From assembly GCA_030141605.1 (NCBI GenBank), contig JAQGDQ010000154.1, positions 186,001-250,000 on the forward strand: a stretch of DNA of 64,000 nucleotides, read 5' to 3'. Positions within the stretch are counted from its first letter, which is position 1, and each line of letters opens with the position of its first letter. This DNA comes from Tubiluchus corallicola. Its lineage: Eukaryota; Animalia; Priapulida. The notes beneath the pieces were generated by a model that saw only the letters and a list, made by a program, of their open reading frames with translations, made no database searches and was not told where the DNA came from. The translations under genes and the position numbers were made by a program. Positions 25,808 through 36,900 of the stretch are shown in pieces.

Positions 25808-27894
25808 TTTTTCTGTGTAATTGCAGATTCTAGGCAAGTGAGTAAAAACTCAGATTTGTTAAATGACTAATTATAATGTATCCTATAGGGAGGATCAACC
25901 ACAATAAATAAACCGTTTGTAATATGTTAAAGAATTAATTCTAGAACAAAACTGTTTGTGGTGCACTAGGGGAAAGCTAACTCTGACAAAACTGTTTGTG
26001 TCATATAAGAATGTAACGCCAGAGACGTAGAATGGAGCCAGGATTATTGTGAAAACATAATTAACAAAATGAATGGATGAGACAGGGAAAAATTGGTGAA
26101 GAAATTATCTCATATCAAATGGACATTAATTAATTTTTTTTTATTTTGTTGCTGGTGACAGTTAGCAACCTAGCAATCTTAATATTCTGTAACTGATCAG
26201 TTCTTCATTTTTCACACTAGGGTGCTGATGTCACGGGCATGGATGTAATACATGCTAAATTTACAGACACGAAGAAACGTCAATTACGTATTTGTTCTAG
26301 TTTTGAAAACGTCGCCTTTTTATTGTTTGATAAAAATAGTCCACAGCATTGTAATTTTTATATTACATTACACTTTTCGGCATTTTTGATGATAAATTTC
26401 ATTCTCTTTCAGGCGATTACGCGCCACTGATCGCTATAAATTGTCACGAAGTTCTCATTTATTCACGTAGCTAGTGCCTAGTTTAATCTAGTGTAGTCAA
26501 AGAGAAAGATTAAGTCTCAGAAGATATGAACACTTCCGTTCTCTCAACTGTCTTGTTTTTACTGCTATGGGTTTAAGTGCATCACTGCTATAACGCGTGC
26601 ACTTTTGTACAGACATAATTTTCTCTTCCAAATGAAAAACATAATTGTAGCATGTATTATACTTGTGTCCATGTTTTGCGCCATTTTACGATTTTTTTAC
26701 GATTTGTTGTGCTAACTAGCAAAAACATAAAAAAATCTCATAACAATAACGCATTGATTGTGGTTTTCAAACTTTTAGTAATAATGATAATTACTAAAGT
26801 ATTTTAGCGTATACTTAGTAACGGAACATCTGGCACAAGTGACATGAGTGACAAGTATGATACATGATAAACCTGGCTGGATCTTTTGTAACTGCCAATT
26901 GATAGGCTGGTATATACCAAACACTGCGGGATAAACGGATATACGAGAAAATTGATAATCGTTAATATAAGTAAAAGCCAACTGATAAACGGTATGTGCT
27001 TATTTATTGCTTAGTGACCGAATTTAAGCAAAGAGGAGGCTAGCCAGTTAATGGATCAGTGACCAATGACCATTAACGAATTTTCCATTTCCCATCGTCG
27101 AGAGATGCTGGTTTTATTGGAGAATGAAAAAATTGCATATATATATGTAGTGGAAACTATACTGAGCATCACTCACAAAGTTTAATTATATGAGAGTACC
27201 TGAGTCCAGTATTTGACTTGGTCTCATACGACAACATTATCAACTGTTTAAAGCCGAATATCTTTCACAAGTTTTCCAGTTGGTGCAAACGTCTCCTGAG
27301 CTTGAACTGTATGTCCACATTGCTTTGAAAGTAGATGAATATATTAAGCCAAAAATTTTTAGGGTTTAATGTTGACTTTGAAACACTTAAAATTTAATAA
27401 CTTAAAGATAGTTCAAGTTAATTAAAAGCAAGTTCACAAAACTGCAGATAAACCGTCGTTGCAATTTAATAAAGAAATTGGTGCACTCGGTGTTTCAATA
27501 TTATAAGTAAAAATTTGTTAATACTTTTAATTTTAATACGTACTAAATCAGTCTAAAATACCATCTTCTGCATGTTTTCGTTGTTAAAGCTAGAATTAAT
27601 TTACTGGATGTCATGTATTTAACAATAAATATTGCACAAACGGACTATTTTTGAGGATTACAAATACAGGTAAACATTCACTGATTTTGATCCCTTAGCG
27701 TGATAAGAGGTAGATCTATGATGCCAATTACTGACCCCAATTAACACCGATTGTTTGACATTGTCCTTCCTTTCACGAAAATAACAAAAAATTGATCAAT
27801 TTTGGCCCGGCCCGCTGCGTCTGCCGAAACTCGGGATGCACCGCTCAACTAGGGATCCATTATTTCCTTAATTAGGTTTGTAGTGCGAGTGGCC

Positions 27895-27904
27895 TATATA
27901 TAAG
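27895..27904 (+). promoter_or_regulatory. candidate TATA box, possibly for the large secreted-protein gene
   Basis: ggccTATATATAAG after a locally GC-rich patch; the coding exon at 33634 has an acceptor, so upstream UTR exon(s) must exist. The linkage is inferred. Confidence 0.3.
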
Positions 27905-29929
27905 TAAATTACTCACGAGAGCAGTTGTTTAATGGCAGAAACTTGCTTGGTGGTTGAATTTAGTCATGTGAAATGTTTGTGTTGATAACAACGTGAACTC
28001 TATGCCTTAGTAATTTATGCTATTCATATTTGGATAATTATGTTATTGGATTCATGAACGACGATAGCATTAAGAAGGAATTACTAATTCAACTATAAGG
28101 TTGGTCATTAGAAATATAGAAAACTAGCTTGTGATATGATTCTATACTTTACATTAAAACTAAAAGTTTTGTAAAAGATTATGTAATGTCTTTGCCATAT
28201 TAGTTATTAACTTTTACATAGAACGAGTGTGTCATACATGATATCACAGGTATGTGATACAAATTACATACATTTGTATCAAGTATGTAATTTTGCTATA
28301 GTTGAATCAAAAAGATAAAACTTGTACATGCAGAGTTGTTTCGTTTCAAATAGTTTTGTGCAGCGTTTTTAGATTAACTCCCAATGGCTGCTCATATTAT
28401 AATAGGCACTTGACTTTACCTTCAAAAATTTTTGATAAACAAAGTGTTCGATAGAAGTTGTGAACCAGTTTTCACGACATTCTGGTCTCTAGTGTTTTCG
28501 CTGTATTTCTTGCGATACGATATAAACCAACTAACCAGATCGATCGCGTTTTTGTTGAAATATAAATAGACTCCCTAATTTATAGATCAAAAACCATCCC
28601 CTCCTCCCAGGTTGTCTTTGACTGGATGCCACAACAGCCATTAAACTTTATAGGCTTTGGAAGTATTTTGATACTGATTTCATCAAATAATTTTTCCGAT
28701 TATTTAACAAAAAATAAAGCTTATAAAATCAATATATTTTGATTTCTGGTTAACAGGTGCTACGATGTTTTGGGTTTGTACTTGTACTAATCAGCGCTGG
28801 TGTCACCACCTACTAAAACTGTTACTGAATTAACAGAAATAAGCACACCTTTAAGTTGAGAGTTTTTTGTAAGAACGTTCGCATGGTATGAAAAAGATCT
28901 ATTTTTGTCACGTGCTAGTTTTTATAATTTTTCAGTCTCCAATAAGAAAACGTTTAAAAACGTTTCATTAACCAATCAGTTAATGCGGTAATTCTCCTTC
29001 AGACGTCTTCATGTTTAACAACACATCACTGTTGAATATTTAGTTACAAAAGCTGACCTTTTAAAACCAATTATTTGACTCTAAACTTATAATAAAGACG
29101 CAATTATAATAATCTAAGCTTTAACACAGCTACCTATACCTGATGCACACGATTAGTCAAAATTAATAATACCGACCTGCATATTTCAGCCTTGCACCAC
29201 TGTAAACATAATTGTACGATTGTTTTATTATCGTATGTTAATCATGATAATCTACACAATTTATATGTAGTAAAGCCCCATATTGTGCTGAAAATTAACT
29301 ATTGTAATTACGAGATTACTGTCTAAATATATACGAATCATTTTAATTATAATTGAAATCACTTACCTTACACGCTAGTCTGCAGCATTTCTCTCCAGGG
29401 AAGATGTGTATATTGTAATAATAGAAAATAGCATGGTTTTTATGTAAGTTTGCTTGTGTGCCTGTTTGCTTGTTTGTGAAAAAATAACCAACTTATGTTC
29501 CAAACTCTAAATACCCTCTAATTAAATGAACAAATTCCGGGCACAAGTATCGATTGCATTCATAGTTTACTACGTTTTAGTACAGGTGTATATCTAAATA
29601 ACTAAACAGACCTAAATGAATGATTGCTGGCCATAGATAAGTAAACAAACTGAGTACACATAATTTTAAGATATTTTAAAACGCTTAAATCGCGTAAACT
29701 TTTCTGTCTTATTTTATAGACACCTGAATCCAGCAAACACACGCAATGCGAAAAGTTGTTTTACAAAAACAAACAATTCATTTCAAGACTGAAAAAGAAA
29801 CAGCCTTTTCTGGTTTGGTTGTTATTAACGCTGCAGCACTTCATTTGACTGATCGACACAAAAAATCTCGAACTTGATGAAAAAAGAAATAAAAGGTGTA
29901 AAATAAGCGAAAGCGGGAATTATAATAGT

Positions 29930-30159
29930 AATAATTAATAATAATTTCGTTTAAAGATAGTTCGAAGATAACACGTTAAGTAACTCAATACTTATTTTCA
30001 AGGTGGTCCGATTATTATTACCCGCACGTTACTTGGACAAACCCGCGAGCTTGGTTAAAAAACCAGCGGAACCATTTTTTGGTATGAATCGGTCGAGAGT
30101 TGAACCCACGACCTCCCGTGTGGGAAGCGAGCACCCTACCATTGAAATACGCCAACCGG
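29930..30159 (-). mobile_element. tRNA-derived SINE, second copy
   Basis: Reverse complement aligns with 4677-4917 along its length: tcaatggtagggtgctcgcttcccacacgggaggtcgtgggttcaac...accaccttgaaaataagtattgagttacttaa...taaacgaaattatta. Confidence 0.85.
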
Positions 30160-31057
30160 TACAAATTGATTGTGGAAAATCTGTGAGAGATGAGTGGGTG
30201 GTTCTAGGTGGTGGTTGTTTCATAAATCCCTTATTATTTTTACTAAGTTTGCTAAAACAGTAATCATTACAAGAGGAATTAAACTGCAAGTTAGTAGCAG
30301 AGTCTAGTGTTTTTGAAAAGTTTATGCATTCTCATTCATTCCTTTGGTATAGGGAGGTCTCACAGTTTGGTGGCGTACAATTTTTTTTCTTAATCAGTTA
30401 GTGCACCCCCTCATGCATGGTAGACGATCCGTCGATCCTCATGTGCTTTTACATGTCTCCTCTAGATTAGCATTATAACAGAAGAAAACAGCATAAAACT
30501 TCAAATATAAATTTAAAAAAGCTATAAATAGTAAGCTTTGCCCAAAATAAACGTCATTATTCGATTAGTTGCAAAGAAACTAGAAAATCAAATTTGTGGA
30601 TCAATTATGAAACACTTGTAGAATTACTGTACCAGAATGATGAAAGTAATAAAGACGTAAAATACACATTAGAGTTTTTAACATTGAATCCCAATTATTC
30701 GACCAATTAAACAATCGAAATAGTTTTTATTAAAAACTAGATTGTTACCATTACCTGATCCGGCTAGCGAGCTTCCCATGCAATTTTACATCTCTGCTCT
30801 AGATCAGAATCATAGCACAAGAAAACAGCAAAAAACTTCAAATGTTGACCCAAAAAATGTTCAACTGCTTAGTAAGAGTTTACCGGAAGATGAACGGTTA
30901 GTTCGTTAGTCAGTTAGTAGCAAGGAAAAACGAATATCAAATTAATTTCTTAAAGAGCGACTTATGAAACTCTTATAATTATTATAAAAAATGAACTCAA
31001 ACATCAAAACGAGAGAAAATATGAAAGAAAATGAACAAGAACCAGACAGGTGTAGTG

Positions 31058-31835
31058 GTAGTACCAAGATAGGAGTAGTACCAAGACAGGAGTAGTACCA
31101 AGACAAGAGTAGTACCAAGACAGGGGTAGTACCAAGACAGGGGTAGTACCAAGACATGACTAGTACCAAGACAGGGGTAGTACCAAGACAGGGGTAGTAC
31201 CAAGACAGGGGTAGTACCAAGACAAGAGTAGTAGCAAGACAGGGGTAGTACCAAGACAGGAGTAGTACCAAGACAGGGGTAGTACCAAGACAGGGGTAGT
31301 ACCAACACAGGAGTAGTACCAAGACAGGAGTAGTACCAATACAGGGGTAGTACCTAGACAGGGATAGTACCAAACCATGGGTAGTACCAAGACAGGGATA
31401 GTACCAAGACAGGGGTAGTACCAAGACAGGAGTAGTACCTAGACAGGGATAGTACCAAACCATGGGTAGTACCAAGAGAGGGATAGTACCAAGACAGGGG
31501 TAGTACCAAGACAAGAGTAGTACCAAGACAGGAGTAGTACCAAGACAGGGGTAGTACCTAGACAGGGATAGTACCAAACCATGGGTAGTACCAAGACAGG
31601 GGTAGTACCAAGACAAGAGTAGTACCAAGACTGGGGTAATACCAAGACAGGAGTAGTACCAAGACAGGAGTAGTACCAAGACAGGGGTAGTAGCAAGACA
31701 GGGGTAGTACCAAGACAGGAGTAGTACCAAGACAGGAGTAGTACCAAGACAGGAGTAGTAGCAAGACAAGGGTAGTACCAAGACAGGAGTAGTACCAAGA
31801 CAGGAATAGTACCAAGACAGGGGTAGTACCAAGAC
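31058..31835. repeat. 17-bp minisatellite (~45 copies)
   Basis: Unit gtagtaccaagacagg(g/a); accounts for the spurious SWYYPCLGTTPVLVLPL ORFs. Confidence 0.97.
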
Positions 31836-33668
31836 TGGGGAAGTGGCGAAAAATGGCGCGTGGTCACAGGACTCTTCAGTTCACCATTAATTGTTATAAA
31901 AAATGACATACGCCTTTTATTACCTGAAAGCGAGCATCGCCATTTTTTAAACAAGCCAAGCCACATTTTAGCTTTCTTCGCCAATCGACATTGTCATAAG
32001 TATTAGATATTGCTCAACTTATTGAACGACGACAATCGTTCTTTCTGCCGTTCAGCACTTTCGCTGTAATAGTGCATGTATTGTCATAAAAATTTGAAAC
32101 TCTCCGTATAACAAGGCATACGTATGTTATTTAACCAATCACATGTTTGCTCTGCTAGAAGTATGTGTGTGAAAGTTGTATGCCATATTTTGACATAGTA
32201 TTACGTAAAGCTGTTTATAAATGTGTGTGAATGTTGCAATTCATATTTTCACATAGTATTGTATGCCATATTTTGACATATTATTATGTAAAGCTGTTTA
32301 TACGGTCAGAAGAAGAGTTTTAATTTCCAGCAATACCCTTGTGAGTGGTATTGCAATTAGTGACTGTTTGTTTTACATAACAGATAGTTAAACCCATTAT
32401 TTGCAAATTTTACGTAAATAGCAACTGCGTTATTGTAAGTTTTTTCATGTTACATGATTCTGTTTCTTGTATTGTGTTGTAAACTAACTGTTGTTATATG
32501 CGCAATGTTTGCAATAAAAAGTTTACTTACTTATCGAGAAACACCGTACTAACACAGAATACCTTTTTGCTGTGATGCAAGTTAATGGAAAATTGCTTTA
32601 CTAGGAACTTTTGATTGCCAGAGAACACCTACGGAATTACATAAATTGGCATAACTGTTCAGAAGACCTTGCGTTTGAAAGCAGTAATATAATCATGACA
32701 GAAACAACAAAACTGCAGTGTTAGGGGAAAATGAGAGGGTTTGTAACGTTGTGCTCAGATTAATACAATGCTTGACATTGTGGAAAATGAAAGCCATGCT
32801 AAAGTCTATGATATACACCGCCTCACGGACGTTTATAAATACTCCCCTTGTTTCGCTTACGTGTTATGTCAGCAGGTCAGTAATAGTGAAAATAAAACTG
32901 TTTGTATGTACTGAATAACTAGGAATGCAAAAAGTTAGTTTAGGCCAAGTTAAAGTACTCACAATCATTAACCTGTGTCTAATCTCTTTGACTCATCAGT
33001 AGCTTAAGCTGTTAAGAAAGCTAAAGTTCTGTTAAAGGTCTGCAATAATAAACGCAGTTCGTTCAGTTTTTGTTTTGAATGCTGAACATAATTCTATAGA
33101 GACCAACTCTGTCTGTGGTTATTCATTAACTATAATTACAAGGATGACCGAAAATGCTACATGTACATACCAGGTGGCCTATTAAAAACATAGAGCCTAC
33201 GTATCGTCACTTTGTAATCCTAATTTTGACAAAACACCAATTATTTTGTTCTATAAGCTCTATCGCGATTGAATTCAGTCAATTACTTGACACCAATAAG
33301 TGCAAAAGCTAGGCGGTTGCAACGGATATTCATTCAATCAGATACTAATCAGAGTTTAAACGTGTTAAAATTATTTGTAAAGCTGACGGATTGCAATAAA
33401 GAAGATTACAGTAGTTCTGGCACTTTAATTTGATACCTTTATTCGATCAGAGATTAATAGCCGTTTGCATTCAATCACTGATTGCTCAATGCCTTTCATC
33501 GATTATGTAGCAAATTCGCTACATATACCCCACATTTGGGGGTAATAGCTAAGAATAATTATTCAGACCTTTATCTATGACGTGTTTCGTCCTATTATGA
33601 ATGATTATGCTAATTTTAATATCTCTTTTTTAGCTCAAGGATATCGAGCCAGACAGAGCAGATTCAAT

Positions 33669-33704
33669 ATGAAGTGGCAGCAGGCTATTTGGATTTTGGC
33701 CTGC
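33669..33704 (+). CDS. large secreted repeat protein, signal-peptide exon
   Basis: ATG in an exon with acceptor ttttag (33633) and donor tgc|gtgagt; MKWQQAIWILAC splices in phase 0 to MAIAVIA-RD, forming a typical signal peptide. Confidence 0.8.
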
Positions 33705-33977
33705 GTGAGTTGACTTCTTTCAATATAAAGTTTATTTTGTATTAAAACGTAATAAAAATAATTACTTATAACATAATTTTTAAATATAAATGAATTTTAA
33801 TAGTAATTGCTTATTTTTCAGTAGATAGAAGAGGTTTTTTGCAGAAAAATGCACTTCGCACGGCTGTCAGTATTTAAAGGTCAACAAGTTTTGAATTCAT
33901 ATTACCTTAGTTTAGAGTATTAAAAAGTGCCTTTTTGAGTACTGAAAAGCATTTGTTTTTATTTTTTTCTTTTCTAG

Positions 33978-36900
33978 ATGGCAATAGCAGTTATAGCTAG
34001 AGATACATCTATTTCGGGAGGCTCAAGTCCCAGGTTTCAACGGCCGACAACAAAACACCAAAGGCCAATTAGAACATCACGTCCTAGGATAACAGGATAT
34101 CAACCATCGCGTCCTAGGTTATCAGGGTACCAACCGTCGCGACCTAGAATATCTGGGTATCAACCCTTTGTAAAGTCGCCTCCTGTGAACGTGCAAAAGC
34201 CAGGCACTTTTGATAGTTCACAAAAGAGCTTATTTGAGAGCGAATCTAGACAGAAATCTGATTTGTTTTCTCGCCCTTCTAGGTTTCCTCCTGATTCTAG
34301 TCGTAGGAGGACTTCACCTTCTGCAAATTTTGCTCCTCCTCAACGTGGCCTTTCTCGTCAACCGCCTCCTGACATCGAGCTTCCCAAAATTTTGCCTCCA
34401 GACTATCAACACGATTTCTCAGAATTTGGATTTGATATTAGCAAATCCATTGGAGAACCAGCAAAACAGCAAAAATCACCAAAATCAAATTTTAAATTTC
34501 CTGGTGGCATTGATTCTTCTAAAGACAGTGGTACAGAACTGACTAATTTGCCACCGCTGGGAAACCCTGATGAAGCTCAATCATCTGGAGAAAGCTTTCA
34601 TCCGCTGTCAGTCAATGACCAGAACCCTGGTGCACCAAGAAAGTTTAGTTTTGGCAAGCCAGCACTCGTGCCTGACGACACGTCGTTCGCATCATATGGT
34701 AATGTTGGCACTCCAACGTCACCCAACTTTTTATCAGTCAAGCCAAGAATCAACCGACCATCTGCAAAAGAATTTCAGCATTTACCAAATAGTCAAGACA
34801 CTCTACCTAGCAAAACTGACGAATTTCAGCCATTTCCACAGAACAGAAAGTTTCAAAGGCGTTTTCCAGGATCAGGTTTTTCTGTAAAATCGGTTTCACA
34901 ACCAGAATTAGACCAAGGAGGTGATATAAATAAGCAACCTTTTGTACCAGACCAAAATAAGGATGTTCAAGAAATTCTGATATCACCCGGCTTTCCACCA
35001 CAATCTGTTCCTCCAAGACCGCGACCAGAGCTAGGCCAAGAAGCAAATCCTCGTTATCCACCACTTGACAGAGATGCGAATGGAAATCCTAATTATCCAT
35101 CATTCACTCGAGATGCAAACGAAAACCCTGCTTATCCGCCATTTGCAAGAGAAGCAAATGAACACCCTGGTTATCCTCCACTTACAAAAGGTACAAACGA
35201 GAGCCCTACTTACCCACCATTTGCAAAAGATGCAAATGATAACTTCCGAGGAAGGTTTCCTTCGTCAGGTGTTTTCACACCGCAAGTTCCTCCCGTAAGT
35301 ACCAAACAAACCCCACCAAATTTAGGCAAAGACACTTACGAAAATTACCCAATCTTTGAACAAAGGGAAAATGATAATCTTCAAAGTAGGTTTTTACCAC
35401 CTTCTGTCAGTGGTGCACAGGATAGAACAGAACTACGGCAAGGCGCAGCACCTCCTCAAGATGATGTGGAAATACCATTACCACCTTTTGATATAAATTT
35501 CTTAAAACAAGCCCAAGTGCCACCTTTTATATTGGAACAGTTGCTAAATCCTCCTCCAGAAGAGGAAACACCAAGGCAATCACAGCCACCAGTTGTGCGT
35601 CAAGAAACCAACTCAAATTTTCAACCTGCAAGACGATTGATTGAAAATTCTGAGGAGCAGTCGCCTACGCAGCAGACACTTCAACGTGTGACAAATCCAG
35701 TAAGTACTGGAGAAAAACAAATTCAGCCACAACCGCCGCCTGCATTTGGTCTTCCATCTCCACTAGGATATTCTCCAACAGCTGCAAGGGATTATCAGCG
35801 GCCATTTGATGCAATACCTCAGGACACAAGGCCTGTTTTACAAGGACAAGTACCTTTGACAGAAGCTGAACGAGATTATCAGCGACAATTTGATGCAAGA
35901 CCCACCCGTGAAAGAAGACCTGTTTTACAAGCACAAGTACCTTTGACAGAAGCTGAAGAAGATTATCAGCGATCATTTGATGCAAGACCCCCTCAAGACA
36001 GAAGACCTGTTTTACAAGCACAAATACCTTTATCAGAAGCTGATGAAGATTATCAACGACCATTTGATGCTCGTGGCAAGCAACCCATTTTACAAGTACA
36101 AATACCTTTACCAGATGCTGAACGAAACTATCAGCAGCCGTATGATGTAACTGCTATTCGGGATAGGCAATCTGCTTTACAACCACGAATACCTTTGGCA
36201 GCTGCTGCCACACCAAATGCTGTTACTGAAACTAAAACCATTGCAGATTTCGATGGACAACCACCAGCACAATTCTTTCCAGCACAGAAAATACCACCTT
36301 TTAGACAGCAAACGCCAGGTGTCTCATTTTCATCAGTGAATAAAGATGGCACAAATCTGAAAGAATTTTCATTGCACGAGGAAAGAACAGCTCCTGATGT
36401 TTATGTTCCACATTCAGTTTCCAGTGTACGTGATAATCAGCCACCACTTTATCAAAGGCAAAATATTAACCCGTATGGTTCACAAAGTAAAGGTGAGCTA
36501 GGACATGAAAATTTATCTCTCAAGATTCCTAGATTTTCATCTCCACCAAGAAATACTGCTGAAGGTTTCAGGGCAAAGAAATATGACACACCAATAAGCT
36601 TACCGGATCAAACTGGGCAACGCCTGCAAATATATAGAATTGATAACCCCCATCTGCCTCGAAACTTTGAAAGCACTGACAGGAAAATAGGGTCATTGCA
36701 GGATAAGCCACTTCAGCAACCTACGCGAATGGTTTATCCAGTACAACAGTTGTACAGGCCTCCAATAAATTTACCAGAAAAACACGAAGAAAATGACAAC
36801 TTTGCTGTACGCGAAAAACTGGGCCAGAGTTTTGAAACTGCTCCTTCTAGACGTATATTTGCTGTTGAAAGGGATAATAACGAAAGGGTGAGATCAATTC

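Noticed and set aside
30942-31984. 296-aa and overlapping Cys/Tyr-rich ORFs
   Set aside because: Translations of a 17-bp minisatellite; the same 17-aa unit appears in all three frames.
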